Origin: a bacterium
GTDB lineage: Bacteria > Desulfobacterota > DSWW01
Direction: 5' to 3'
DNA: 64,000 bases
Assembly (NCBI GenBank): GCA_040756235.1
Contig: JBFLZG010000006.1
Span: forward strand, 32,505 to 96,504
Under the pieces are notes generated by a model. That model did not search any database and was not told the origin of the DNA. It saw only the letters and a program-made list of their open reading frames with translations. Positions 8,649 to 18,736 of the stretch are shown here, piece after piece. Each line of letters begins with the position of its first letter. Position 1 is the stretch's first letter. A program made the position numbers and the translations under genes.

Positions 8649-10938
8649 GGATGAGACGCAAGTTCCGGGCCCCGCCCGCGGGCCGAAGCCCGCATCCGGT
8701 CCGGGAGCGAAGCGGCTGGGCGAGGTCCTGAGGGCCGCGGGCTGGGTCTCGGCCGAGAACCTGAAGGAGGCCCTGGAGCAGCAGCGCCGGGAAGGAGGCC
8801 GGCTCGGGAGAATCCTGGTCGAGAAGGGGCGTGTGGCCGAGCGCACGCTGCTGGAGGCTCTTGCGCAGCAGTCCGGCATGGGGATCGTGGACCTGGCCGG
8901 GCTCGAGGCCGACCCGGACGCCATCTCGTCGCTCCCCTACGGCATGGCCAAGCGGTACCGCTGCCTCCCATGGAGGCGGGAGGACCGGCTCCTGCACGTG
9001 GCCATGGCCGAGCCTCAGGACCCGGAGCGCGTGCAGGCGGTCCAGTTCGCGTGCGGGATGCGCCTGAAGACTTATCTGTGCTCCGAGCGGGAGATTGACG
9101 TCGCCATCGAACAACACTACGGGATGGAAGACGCGGTCGATCAGATCGTGCGCAACATCGCCGATGAGGCCCGGCTGGCGGATGCCGCGACCGGGGTGCT
9201 CGTGGAGACGGACGCTCCCCGTGCCGGGGATGCCCCCGGCCCCGAGCCGGCGCGCAGCGGCGACGAGCGGGCGGCGCCGATCGTGCGCCTGGTGAACCTG
9301 ATCGTGGTGGAGGCGGTGCGCAAAGAGGCGAGCGACATCCACTTCGAGCCGGCCCAGCGGCACCTGCGGGTGCGTTTCCGCCTGGACGGTGTGCTGCACA
9401 AGAGGATGCAGATCCCGAAGTACCTGCAGCAGGCCGTGCTCAGCCGGCTCAAGGTCATGGCGCGCATGGACATCGCCAACAAGCGGACGCCCCAGGACGG
9501 CGGCATCCGGCTGAGCGTGGAAGGGCGCCGCCTGGATCTGCGCGTCTCCAGCCTGCCCACGTTTTACGGGGAGAAGATCGTGGTGCGGATCCTGGACCAG
9601 GCGGAGCGGCGCGCGGACCTTGGCGCCCTGGGCCTCTGTGAAGAGGACCGGCAGCGGCTCGTGGCCTGCTACCGCAAACCTCAGGGGATGATCCTCCTGA
9701 CAGGGCCGACCGGCAGCGGCAAGAGCACCACGATCCAGTGCATCCTCAAGGACCTGCGTTGCGACGGGATCAACATCATCACGGTGGAGGATCCGATCGA
9801 GTACGAGCTGGAAGGGATCAACCAGGTACAGGTGCACAAGGAGGCCGGCCTGACCTTTGCCGACTCGCTCCGGGCCATCCTGCGCCAGGACCCGAACGTC
9901 ATCATGGTCGGGGAAATCCGGGATTCCGAGACTGCTGAGGTGGCCTTCCGGGCGGCCATGACCGGCCACCTGGTGCTGTCCACGCTCCACACGAACGACG
10001 CCGCCTCCACGGTCGTCCGGCTCGTGGACATCGGCGTGCCGCGGTTCCTGATTGCCTCGGCGCTGCTGGCCGTCTCCAGCCAGCGGCTGGTCCGCAGGAT
10101 CTGCCCGGAGTGCAAGGCCGAGGACTCGATCGACCCCTCTCTGCTCGCTGAGGTGCCGCTCGCGCCGGCCGAAACCGCCCTGCTCAGGAGGGGCCGCGGC
10201 TGCCCGAGCTGCGAGTACACCGGACATCGTGGAAGGATCGGCCTGTACGAGCTCATGACCGTGACTCCCGAGATGCGGGAAGCGATCTCCCGAGGGGCCG
10301 GGGAAACGGAGATCCGCGATCTCGCCCGGGAGCAGGGAGCCAGGAGTCTGCTCGAGGACGGGCTGGAGAAGTCCCGGCAAGGCATGACCACCCTGCAGGA
10401 GGTCCTTTCGGTCGCTCACTGGGAGGCTCCGGCCGGTACGAGGGAATCGGCCTCCGCGCCCCTCTCGTGCTTCAGGAGTGTCGCCCGGGCCGATCCCGGG
10501 CGGCCCCCGAGCACGGGCCTGCCCCGCATCGTCGTCGCCGAGGACGACCCGGGTGTCCGGGAGGCGGTCTCGCTGACCCTTCAGACCCTTTGCTGCGAGG
10601 TCATCCAGGCGGTCGACGGGCTGGACGGGCAGGAGAAGATCGAGCGCTTCCTGCCGGATCTGGCGATCCTCGATATCCAGATGCCGCGGATGGACGGCTA
10701 CGAGCTGCTCCAGAGGATCCGCACGCAGCTCAGGACCGCCTTCATCCCCGTGATCCTGCTCACCGCCAAGAACCGCTGCGAGGATCGCGTGAAAGGGTTT
10801 CTGCTCGGCGGAGACGACTACATCGAGAAGCCCTTCGACCACCGCGAGCTCATGGCGCGCGTGCGGCGCCAGCTCGAGCGCGCCGCGGTCCTGCCGCGAA
10901 GGAGACCCGGGGTTCAACCCGGGGCCGAGGCATGCTAG
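8635..10938 (+). CDS. PilB/GspE-type secretion ATPase with N-terminal MshEN and C-terminal receiver domain
   Basis: RLGEVL..G..L..L..Q twice; ASDIH; GPTGSGKS; LRQDPNVIMVGEIRD; LHTN; CPEC..CPSC; C-terminal AEDD..LDIQMP..LTA..EKPF. Confidence 0.92.
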   Translation: MSAHKDETQVPGPARGPKPASGPGAKRLGEVLRAAGWVSAENLKEALEQQRREGGRLGRILVEKGRVAERTLLEALAQQSGMGIVDLAGLEADPDAISSLPYGMAKRYRCLPWRREDRLLHVAMAEPQDPERVQAVQFACGMRLKTYLCSEREIDVAIEQHYGMEDAVDQIVRNIADEARLADAATGVLVETDAPRAGDAPGPEPARSGDERAAPIVRLVNLIVVEAVRKEASDIHFEPAQRHLRVRFRLDGVLHKRMQIPKYLQQAVLSRLKVMARMDIANKRTPQDGGIRLSVEGRRLDLRVSSLPTFYGEKIVVRILDQAERRADLGALGLCEEDRQRLVACYRKPQGMILLTGPTGSGKSTTIQCILKDLRCDGINIITVEDPIEYELEGINQVQVHKEAGLTFADSLRAILRQDPNVIMVGEIRDSETAEVAFRAAMTGHLVLSTLHTNDAASTVVRLVDIGVPRFLIASALLAVSSQRLVRRICPECKAEDSIDPSLLAEVPLAPAETALLRRGRGCPSCEYTGHRGRIGLYELMTVTPEMREAISRGAGETEIRDLAREQGARSLLEDGLEKSRQGMTTLQEVLSVAHWEAPAGTRESASAPLSCFRSVARADPGRPPSTGLPRIVVAEDDPGVREAVSLTLQTLCCEVIQAVDGLDGQEKIERFLPDLAILDIQMPRMDGYELLQRIRTQLRTAFIPVILLTAKNRCEDRVKGFLLGGDDYIEKPFDHRELMARVRRQLERAAVLPRRRPGVQPGAEAC

Positions 10939-11019
10939 ACTCCGATCACGGCCGGAAACGTTTGGTCCGGCCCTCCTATCCAACAGACAGCAAGCTGCGA
11001 CAGATGAAGGCGAGGTCGA

Positions 11020-12333
11020 ATGTACTGCAGAAAGCACCTGTCGATTGCGTGGCCTGCGGTCTGGGTCCTGCTGCTGGGGATCGCCCTCTTGTCCCTGGAA
11101 GCGTTGGCCGTGGTCGAAACGCAACCACCGGAGCCGGGACGGAATCCGAGCGCCGCGGCTCCGGGGAGCGTCGATCCTCTCTCGCCTCCTTCCGACTCGG
11201 CCGAAGAAAGATGCCGCGGAGGCATGCAGGCCGGTATTTCCGGCCCGCGGCTCTATGACGTCGAGTTGGGGCTGGAAGTGACCGGGAGCATCCGGTTTCT
11301 GACCCGAACCCGCTATTACCGCTCCGAGGATCTCCGCCTCACGTTTGCGGCCGTCCCGGACAGGTCGAAACGGCTGCTGCTCAGCGCCCGAGGCTTGTCC
11401 GACGACCCAAACCTGCTCCATTTCGGGATCGGCGAAGGGCCGAAGAAACATCAACGTTATGTGCTCCTCGGCGCTGAGGCTTCACAGGAGGAGCGGCGCC
11501 TCATCGAGCAGCGGATCCTGGCCGAGGAGAAGATCCGCGGATGTGAAGTCGCTGACGACGCGGCGGAGGAAGAGCCGCATTCGAAGGGACCGGCGGAGGG
11601 GGACAGTCCCAGGGAAGACAAGAAGGCCTTTTTCAACTATTACCTGTGGAGAGATCCTGCGGCTTCCTTCACGTTTCAGTGGGCCCCGTCGGGCGAGGTC
11701 GCGCTGATCGAAAACCGCGTCCGGTTGGACGAGCTTTCCGGCAACGAAGGCTCCAGGGCCCATCCCCGCTTTTTCGAGATCCTCGAGTTCGCTCTCTACG
11801 CGATCCCTCCGTTCCTGGAGTCTCCGGGCCATCTCCTGGAGGCCACCCGGGGCGAGACCGGCTGGCAAGTCGACTGCGGACCCGTCCTGGAGGGGCTCGT
11901 ACGCTTTTGCGAAGGGGTCTACGAACGGAAGATGGCCCTGCTCGAGCCCGCATCGCCGGACCGGCCAAGAGCCGTTTACCGGGCGCACCCGGTGCCGGCC
12001 ACGTCGATCCTCCGCATCCGCGGGACGCTGCCCGAGCCCGTGCGCACGCAGGTCAGGATCAGCGGGTTCAAGGGCGAAATCCGGATCGAATCGCTTCGGA
12101 GAGAGATCCTCTTCGACTTCGCGGCCAACCGGATCCTGAAGGACGAGTTCGATATTTCATTCGGCGTGGAGCGGGACAAGAAGGTGCTGGCGGTTGCGGG
12201 CGAGAAGAACCGGGTCCACGTGACCATCGTGGACAGGTGTTTCACGCGCTGCCCCGACACCGATGACGGCATCCGCGTAGCGCACAGAGACTGCGGCTTG
12301 CCGGAGGGCGGCGGCACGAATCCGTCGCCTTGA
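11020..12333 (+). CDS. Hypothetical exported protein
   Basis: 437-aa ORF with signal-peptide/TM N-terminus; no recognised domain. Confidence 0.65.
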   Translation: MYCRKHLSIAWPAVWVLLLGIALLSLEALAVVETQPPEPGRNPSAAAPGSVDPLSPPSDSAEERCRGGMQAGISGPRLYDVELGLEVTGSIRFLTRTRYYRSEDLRLTFAAVPDRSKRLLLSARGLSDDPNLLHFGIGEGPKKHQRYVLLGAEASQEERRLIEQRILAEEKIRGCEVADDAAEEEPHSKGPAEGDSPREDKKAFFNYYLWRDPAASFTFQWAPSGEVALIENRVRLDELSGNEGSRAHPRFFEILEFALYAIPPFLESPGHLLEATRGETGWQVDCGPVLEGLVRFCEGVYERKMALLEPASPDRPRAVYRAHPVPATSILRIRGTLPEPVRTQVRISGFKGEIRIESLRREILFDFAANRILKDEFDISFGVERDKKVLAVAGEKNRVHVTIVDRCFTRCPDTDDGIRVAHRDCGLPEGGGTNPSP

Positions 12334-12360
12334 TCGCTTGATCTCCGTGCTGCGGCGGTC

Positions 12361-13167
12361 TCAGATCCCGTCGCTCGAGTCGCCGGACTCTTCGGGGATC
12401 GCGCTCTGCGCGAGCTCTGCCGGGTCCTGCTGGTAGTAGCGGCTCAGCTGCTCGTAGAGCTCCGGATGCCGCTGCCTCAGCTCCACGGGCCTTTCGAAGA
12501 AGCACTCGGTAGTCACGGCGAAGAACTCGGCGGGGTCGGTCGCTCCATACGGGTCGATGAAGGTCCTGCGGTTGCGCTGCACGTCCCGTTCGAGCCTGCG
12601 GAATTCCCTCCCCAGCACGCGGGACCACTCCGCGTACATGGGCCGGGGGAGGAGCGGGGCTCCGTCGGCCTCCCCGGACTCCTGGTCGAGCTGGTGCGCG
12701 AACTCGTGGAGCACGACGTTGCGGCCGCTGCCGGCGCGCATGGAGCTCTTGCGGACGTCCTCCCAGGAGAGGACCACGGTTCCCCGGTCCCACGACTCGC
12801 CTTCCCGGACCTCCTCCCCTTCGTGGACCAGGCCGTCCGGATCCCTCTCGACTCTCGGGGCCACGTAGGTGGACGGATAGACGACGAGCGACTGGACCTT
12901 CGGGAAATAGTCCGTCTGCCGGTGGAGCAGGAGCAGGCAGGCGTGCGCCGCGACGGTCAAGCGGATCTCGTCGCGGATTTCCAGACCTCCGCACCCCTCG
13001 AAATGCTTCTCTGCCAGGAACACGAGGATGTGACGGCGCAGCTCCTCCCGGTCCCCTTCCGGAAGGAGTGAATAGAAGGGCGCGTTCTTCTCCAGCACCG
13101 GAAGCCACTCCGCGGGGAAGGCCCGGTTCCGGATCCGTTTTCTGCTCCAGCGCTTCAACAGAGGCAT
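12361..13167 (-). CDS. MtfA-like zinc peptidase (M90 family)
   Basis: GESW..G.VVLSW, NVVLHEFAHQLD, YGATDPAEFFAVTTECFFE. Confidence 0.88.
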   Translation of the reverse strand: MPLLKRWSRKRIRNRAFPAEWLPVLEKNAPFYSLLPEGDREELRRHILVFLAEKHFEGCGGLEIRDEIRLTVAAHACLLLLHRQTDYFPKVQSLVVYPSTYVAPRVERDPDGLVHEGEEVREGESWDRGTVVLSWEDVRKSSMRAGSGRNVVLHEFAHQLDQESGEADGAPLLPRPMYAEWSRVLGREFRRLERDVQRNRRTFIDPYGATDPAEFFAVTTECFFERPVELRQRHPELYEQLSRYYQQDPAELAQSAIPEESGDSSDGI

Positions 13168-13260
13168 GGGACGGACGAACGGCGGAGATCAACCTGCGGA
13201 CCCGTTCATTCGGATCCGTCAGCCATGGGACAAGATAAGAGGCCGCCCGTCCTTCGGTCA

Positions 13261-13417
13261 AGAGTCTGTCCGTCAACGCCCGTCTGCCGCGCTGCAATCA
13301 TGATGACGGAGGCGGGGGGAGCCGGCCCCGGCGAAGCCCGGGGTCCACTGTGCTCCCACGTACTCCTCATGCCTCAGGATTTCGCGGCCTCGCATTGGAA
13401 ATTTCTGAACAGTCTCC
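13261..13417 (-). repeat. Degenerate copy of AGAGGCTG..CAGCCTCT MITE-like element with nested CCCCGGC palindrome
   Basis: Colinear with the 42528-42688 copy. Confidence 0.7.
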
Positions 13418-13441
13418 AGGAGCCGAATTCCAGGCAGGCTC

Positions 13442-14059
13442 CTAGGACAGGAGCCTGGACTTCAGGAATTCCCGGGCCCTGTGCTGTCGGGATTTGACCG
13501 CGGGAATCGAAATCCCCATTTGCCTGCTGACCTCCTTGAGGGAAAGCTCGTCACCCTTGAGAGCCAGAAACACGTCCCGGTAGCCGGGAGGCAGCTCGGA
13601 CAAAGCCTGATTGAGCTTCGACCGGAGCTCGGTCCGGAAGATATGGGAGAGCGGCGATGGGGTATCCTGTCCCTGTCGTTGGTTCGAAGCCTCTATCAAC
13701 AGGTCCTGTACGGCATCGTTCACGAAGAAAAGCCTGTTCCGCTTTTGCTTCCGCTCGTGCATGAGATAGGCATTGATGGTGACCCGGTAGATCCAGGTGG
13801 AGAGAGATGACCTTCCCTGAAAAGTCTTGATCTTGAGAAAAAGAGCCATGAGGACGTCCTGGAGGATGTCCTTCATGTCCTCCTGATCTCTGCAAAGCTG
13901 CCGGAGTTGCTGGAGGATCTTGGGGCGGTACCTCCTCTCCAGCTCCTCGAAGGCGCCCGCCACTTCTTGTTGTACCAGCTCGACCAGCTCGGATTCGGAC
14001 GCCCAAGTCGGCAACATCGGCTGCTTCTGAGCTTGTTTCGATCTCGTTTGGCTGTTCAT
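13442..14059 (-). CDS. ECF RNA polymerase sigma factor (sigma-70 group 4)
   Basis: AFEEL..RY, DILQDV, FQGRSSLSTWIYRVTIN; region 4 SLKEVS..GISIPAVKSRQHRAR; GGAGG RBS. Confidence 0.9.
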   Translation of the reverse strand: MNSQTRSKQAQKQPMLPTWASESELVELVQQEVAGAFEELERRYRPKILQQLRQLCRDQEDMKDILQDVLMALFLKIKTFQGRSSLSTWIYRVTINAYLMHERKQKRNRLFFVNDAVQDLLIEASNQRQGQDTPSPLSHIFRTELRSKLNQALSELPPGYRDVFLALKGDELSLKEVSRQMGISIPAVKSRQHRAREFLKSRLLS

Positions 14060-14190
14060 CGTTCCAACCTCCTTGGCATTTCCCCACGGTATTTCCCGCG
14101 GGATCTGGAATTCGCTCTCAGGGTGGTCGTGTGCGTACAGATAGGTTCAGCCCCACGTAGATCCATGTTAAGTGAATTGCGGCGGGCGCA

Positions 14191-14272
14191 AATCAGGTGA
14201 TCACTCCATTTTAAAAGCGAGCACACCCCATTCGTGCGCGGGATACACCCACTTTTTGGAGGTAAATCAGGT
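14191..14272. promoter_or_regulatory. Phased operator array (three 22-bp units plus repeated AAATCAGGT)
   Basis: TCACTCCATT 14201, ACACCCCATT 14223, ACACCCACTT 14245; AAATCAGGT at 14190 and 14264. Confidence 0.45.
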
Positions 14273-14402
14273 AGATCGAGAGAGGGTTTGACCTCCCCTG
14301 CAGGAACGGCTCAGGGTCCGGGTGGATTTCCCGGAGGCGAGTCGGGGAGAAGGGCGAATCCGGCTGAAGGGACAAGACGCGAAAGTTCAGCGGGAAAACG
14401 AG

Positions 14403-14450
14403 CGCAGCGAGGAATGCAACGCCGCAGATGGGCGTTTTGGGACAGCCTCT
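14403..14450 (+). repeat. Right-end fragment of the MITE-like element
   Basis: TGCAACGCCGCAGATGGGCGTTTTGGGACAGCCTCT identical to end of 18426-18552. Confidence 0.8.
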
Positions 14451-14452
14451 GG

Positions 14453-14827
14453 CTAGGCGTTGCCGTTCAGGAGCTCATGCAGGAGAGTGATCGTCTCTTC
14501 GGGCGTTGAGCCGCCTTTGGTCAGGAACCCGTCGGCTCCTGCCTGGCGCGCTGCCTCCCGATACTCCGGGAGATCGTAGCTGGTGAGTATGATGACCGGC
14601 AGCTTCGGGTGTCGCGCTTTGATCCTCCTGGTCACCAGAAGTCCGTTCTCTCCCGGCATCCGGATATCCATGAAGACCAGATCCGTCGGTGCGTTCTCGA
14701 TGATATCGAGCACGTTCGGACCGTCCGCGGCCTCTTCGATCGTGAGATCCTGCCGGTGACTCATGAGCAGATCCCGAAGGGAGTTCCGAAACACGGCATG
14801 GTCATCGGCGATGACAACTCGATACAT
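14453..14827 (-). CDS. Single-domain response regulator (receiver only)
   Basis: IADDH, FMDIRMP, LTSY, TKG. Confidence 0.88.
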   Translation of the reverse strand: MYRVVIADDHAVFRNSLRDLLMSHRQDLTIEEAADGPNVLDIIENAPTDLVFMDIRMPGENGLLVTRRIKARHPKLPVIILTSYDLPEYREAARQAGADGFLTKGGSTPEETITLLHELLNGNA

Positions 14828-15043
14828 GATCGCGCTTCTCTTCATGGAGACAAAAGCATTCTTTACCACTTCTGCCGCCTGCCATCGATCTATCGTCATA
14901 TCCTAGGAAAAACTTTACCGGAAGTCAAAGATGTGTTACATAAAGGGAAGGCTTGATTTCGCACGAGGCAAGACCTTATCTGCGCCTTTCCACCATCTCC
15001 CTTGTCGCTCAAGGAGCGGCGGACACCGCGAGCCGGATAAGCC

Positions 15044-15706
15044 ATGGCAAGAAAAAGGATTCTCATCGCAGAAGACCACACGATCCTGCGCGAAGGGCTG
15101 CGGGTTCTCCTTTCCTCGAACCCGGATTTCGAGGTCGTCGGAGAAGCCGAAGACGGCCGCGAAGCGATTCGCGGCACAGCGAGTCTCAAGCCGGATCTGG
15201 TCCTGCTCGATCTCTCCATGCCGAGAATGAACGGCATGGAGGCGATCTCCGAGATCAAGAGGACCTCCCCCGTCACCAAGATCGTTGCTCTGACGGTCCA
15301 CAACGCCGAAGAATACGTGCTTGCAGCCCTCCAGGCCGGCGCCGACGGCTATGTTCTCAAAGATGCGAAGCATTCCGAGCTCGTCATGGCGTTGCGCAGT
15401 GTTTTCTCAGGGAAACGCTACCTGAGCCCCGGAGTGTCCGAAAAGATCATCGAAGGCTACCTGGAAGGCAAGAAGGTAACCCAGTGCGGCTCCACCTGGG
15501 ATTCTCTGACCCGGCGGGAGCGGGAGATCCTCAAGCTCATCGCCGAGGGTTTCAAGAACAAGGAAATCGCCGACTTCCTCCATCTCAGCGTCAAGACCGT
15601 GGAGAAGCATCGCTCCAACATCATGGAGAAGCTGAACCTCCACAACGTCTCGGCCCTGACCGCCTACGCCATCGAAAAGGGGCTGGTCACCTCGGTCCGT
15701 TCCTGA
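15044..15706 (+). CDS. NarL/LuxR-family response regulator
   Basis: AEDH, LLDLSMP, LTRREREIL..IAEG..NKEIA..L.LSVKTVEKHRSNIMEKL. Confidence 0.95.
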   Translation: MARKRILIAEDHTILREGLRVLLSSNPDFEVVGEAEDGREAIRGTASLKPDLVLLDLSMPRMNGMEAISEIKRTSPVTKIVALTVHNAEEYVLAALQAGADGYVLKDAKHSELVMALRSVFSGKRYLSPGVSEKIIEGYLEGKKVTQCGSTWDSLTRREREILKLIAEGFKNKEIADFLHLSVKTVEKHRSNIMEKLNLHNVSALTAYAIEKGLVTSVRS

Positions 15707-15887
15707 TATCCGTCTGTTCTTTTTTGCTCGGGAAACGCTCCCTCTGCGAGCGCAGAGCAGTGTTAAGCAGAGGAGGTCATTCCCGCGAAAACAGACCGTG
15801 TCATGACCCGACGTCGCCTGCCTTCTCCGTCATTCCGGCGCAGGAGGCTGTGTCGCAAGCCGGCCAGACCCTGCTCCCAATCTTTCC

Positions 15888-16000
15888 GTCACCCCGGCGC
15901 AGGCCGGGGTCCAGTCACTGTTACCCGACAATCACCGCTGTGCACGGTCCACCCTCCTGGATCCCGGCCCACACGCGCTTCGCAAGCGGGCCGGGACGAC
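15888..16000 (+). repeat. REPIN-like composite palindrome
   Basis: Same architecture as 5131-5241; partial units also at 15776 and 15828. Confidence 0.8.
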
Positions 16001-16014
16001 GTCGGTCCCGTCGA

Positions 16015-16821
16015 TCATGAACTCCGTGCCGCCAGCACACACTCTCTCCGGATTCTCCGCGCCATGTTCGTGAAGATCCAGTCCACGCCCCGATTGATCT
16101 CGCGATAGAGGCAGTTGATCGAGGCGATGTGTCCGGTGGCGACCTTCTGTCCCGCCGCCTTGTGTTTCTCCAGGATGGGGCGGGTAAGGAGCAGGTAGTG
16201 GGCCGCCAGGCCTGCGTATCGCCGGTTGAGGCTGAGGGAGCTCAACAGGTCCACGTTCCGTTCCGCCACGGGCAGGAAGCACGACGGCGGCGCGAATTCG
16301 ATCTGCTCGAATACCGAAGGCGCGAGTGAGAGCAGATGGAAATCACTCTCCGGGGCGAGCAGGCGGAAGAGGTCCGAGAGTTTCCTGTTCTGGCGAGCCG
16401 GGTCCGGCCACCGCTCCTCTTTGAGCTCGGCCATGAGGTGCATCTTCCCGCCGTATCTCTCGACCACGCTCTCCAGCGGCGGGATCCGGGGAAAGCCCTT
16501 GCGCAGCTCACGCAAGGTCATTTGCGCGATCTGCTGACCGGACCCGAACAGCCGCCTGAGATCCCGATCGTGAAACACCACCGGCTCCAAGTCCTTGGTC
16601 CAACGGATGTCGAGCTCGATGCCCCAGGTTCCGTCCTCGAGGGCCGCATCGAAGGCCGGCAGGGTGTTCTCGAGCAGGTGACGATTGTCGTGCTCGCCGC
16701 GGTGAGCGACCAGCCGGACCTGGTCCAGCAGGGCCGGGTCCGGACAGGGCTGAGCGAGCCTCGCAAAGAGGAAATCGGTGGCGGGTACGAAGATTCTCTC
16801 GAGAAGATCGGAAATCGGCAT
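16015..16821 (-). CDS. Glycerophosphodiester phosphodiesterase family protein
   Basis: VAHRG, ENTLPAF, GIELDI, VVFHD, ELK, GVDWIFTN. Confidence 0.9.
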   Translation of the reverse strand: MPISDLLERIFVPATDFLFARLAQPCPDPALLDQVRLVAHRGEHDNRHLLENTLPAFDAALEDGTWGIELDIRWTKDLEPVVFHDRDLRRLFGSGQQIAQMTLRELRKGFPRIPPLESVVERYGGKMHLMAELKEERWPDPARQNRKLSDLFRLLAPESDFHLLSLAPSVFEQIEFAPPSCFLPVAERNVDLLSSLSLNRRYAGLAAHYLLLTRPILEKHKAAGQKVATGHIASINCLYREINRGVDWIFTNMARRIRRECVLAARSS

Positions 16822-16832
16822 CCCGGCTCGCC

Positions 16833-17999
16833 TCACTGGAACGCCGAGAGGCCGGTCAGGTGCTGCCCGATGATGAGGGTGTGGATCTGGTCGGTGCCCT
16901 CGTAAGTCTTGACGGATTCGAGGTTGCACACGTGCCGCATGATCGGGTACTCGTTCGAGATGCCGCTCGCTCCGAGAATTTCCCTCGCAGTCCGCGCGGT
17001 CTCCAGGGCCATGGCCACGTTGTTTCTCTTGGCCAGGCTGATCTGCACGGCCTGGACCGTGCCCTGGTCCTTGAGCCGGCCGAGCTGGTAGGCCAAAAGC
17101 TGTGCCTTGGTGATCTCCGAGGCCATCCGCACCAGCTTCTCCTGGATGAGCTGGAACCCTGCGATCGGGCGGTCGAACTGGATCCTCTCCTTGGCATAAT
17201 CCAGGGCCGCGTGAAAGCAGGCCAGGGCCGCCCCGATGCTCCCCCAGGCGATGCTGTAGCGGGCCTGGTTCAGGCTCATCAGGGCCGCCTTGAGCCCTCG
17301 GGCACCGGGAAGCCGGTTGGCGGCGGGAATGCGGCAGTCTTCGAAGGAAAGCTCGGAGGTGAAGGACGCCCGGAAGGAGAGCTTCCCCTGGATCTCGCGG
17401 CTGGTGAAACCGGGCGTGCCCTTCTCGACGAGGAATCCCTGGATGCCTTCGTCGGTCCGGGCCCACACGAGGGCCACGTCCGCGACGTGGCCGTTGGTGA
17501 TCCACATCTTGGCCCCGTTGAGCACGTACGAGTCGCCGTCCCGGACGGCCCGGGTGCGCATGCCCGAGGGGTTGGATCCGAAGTCCGGCTCGGTGAGCCC
17601 GAAGCACCCGACCTCCTTGCCCCTAGCCAGGGCCGGGAGCCAGCGGTCTTTCTGTTCTTCGCTGCCGAACGTGTAAATGGGGTACATGACCAGCCCGCCC
17701 TGGACGGAGCTGAAGCTCCGGACCCCGCTGTCGCCCCTTTCGAGCTCAGCCATGGCCAGCCCGTAGGCGACGGCGTTGATCCCGGCGCAGCCGTACCCGG
17801 ACAGGGTGGACCCGAACAGGCCCAGATCCCCCATCCGCGACGCCAGGTGCATCGGGAAACGCCCTTCGCTGTATTGCTGCTCGATGATGGGCAGGACCTC
17901 CTGGTCCACGAAATCGCGGACCGTGTCCCGGATCATGCGCTCCTCGGTCGTGAGGAGCGCCTCGAGCCCAAACAGATCCAGACCTTCGAAACGTTTCAT
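16833..17999 (-). CDS. Acyl-CoA dehydrogenase, glutaryl-CoA dehydrogenase-like
   Basis: ELERGDSGVRSFSSVQ, CFGLTEPDFGSNP, GAKMWITNG, TYEGT. Confidence 0.9.
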   Translation of the reverse strand: MKRFEGLDLFGLEALLTTEERMIRDTVRDFVDQEVLPIIEQQYSEGRFPMHLASRMGDLGLFGSTLSGYGCAGINAVAYGLAMAELERGDSGVRSFSSVQGGLVMYPIYTFGSEEQKDRWLPALARGKEVGCFGLTEPDFGSNPSGMRTRAVRDGDSYVLNGAKMWITNGHVADVALVWARTDEGIQGFLVEKGTPGFTSREIQGKLSFRASFTSELSFEDCRIPAANRLPGARGLKAALMSLNQARYSIAWGSIGAALACFHAALDYAKERIQFDRPIAGFQLIQEKLVRMASEITKAQLLAYQLGRLKDQGTVQAVQISLAKRNNVAMALETARTAREILGASGISNEYPIMRHVCNLESVKTYEGTDQIHTLIIGQHLTGLSAFQ

Positions 18000-18247
18000 A
18001 CGCTTCTCCTCATTGCTCGGGGCGTTCCGGGACCCCGCGCCAATCGATTGCAGTGCGGCTGCGTTTCCACCGCCTCTGCCCCACTTATAGCCGCGCCGGG
18101 CACACGGAATCAACCGCACGGAGAGTTGTCAGTCAGCAGCCTGTCGGTCAGTTGTCGGTTGCCAGCGAAGAAGGAGGGCCGGAGAAGTAGATCGAATCGT
18201 GATGGGGGTGAGTCATTACGGCCCTGCTTCCGGGCCGTGCATGTTTC

Positions 18248-18370
18248 GTCATCCCGGCCCACCTGCGGAGCGCGTGGGAGCCGGGATCCAGAAGTCTGCA
18301 TCCGGAACAGCTGCAATTACGCTACCACCATGGGGCGCAGGGACTGGATTCCGGCCTGCGCCGGAATGAC
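18248..18370 (-). repeat. REPIN-like composite palindrome (reverse orientation)
   Basis: GTCATCCCGG..CCGGGATCC then CTGGATTCCGG..CCGGAATGAC. Confidence 0.85.
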
Positions 18371-18425
18371 GGAAGTAAGGGTACTGCCACGGCTATGTAG
18401 AGCCTGTCCCAACAGGCTCGATTTC

Positions 18426-18552
18426 AGAGGCTGTTCAAAAATGCCCAGATGCAAGGCGCACGAAGTCCTGAGGAACGAGGCGTACATGGAAGTACGCCGC
18501 AGTGACGAAGCACAAGTGCAACGCCGCAGATGGGCGTTTTGGGACAGCCTCT
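18426..18552 (+). repeat. MITE-like element with ~21-bp terminal inverted repeats
   Basis: AGAGGCTGTTCAAAAATGCCC ... GGGCGTTTTGGGACAGCCTCT; shared core GATGCAAGGCGC..GAAGTCC.GAGG. Confidence 0.85.
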
Positions 18553-18736
18553 ATGTAGCTGCCGCAGAGTCCTCCGGAATGACTGGTCGGATGAGCTGGA
18601 TCTGACGCTTATGACGCAGCCTCGAAAGCGGGGGTCCCCTGCGCATCGGGATCCCGGCTCGCGGCCGCCGGCTGGCCGGTGATGACCGGCTCTCCTGCGG
18701 GACCGCGATCTCAAAATGCGTTCTCGCGCGGCGGCG

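Noticed and set aside
8527..11454. 975-aa minus-strand ORF, and similar long ORFs at 21977-24571, 25589-27775, 50994-53027
   Set aside because: Antisense shadows of well-supported genes, expected in GC-rich DNA.
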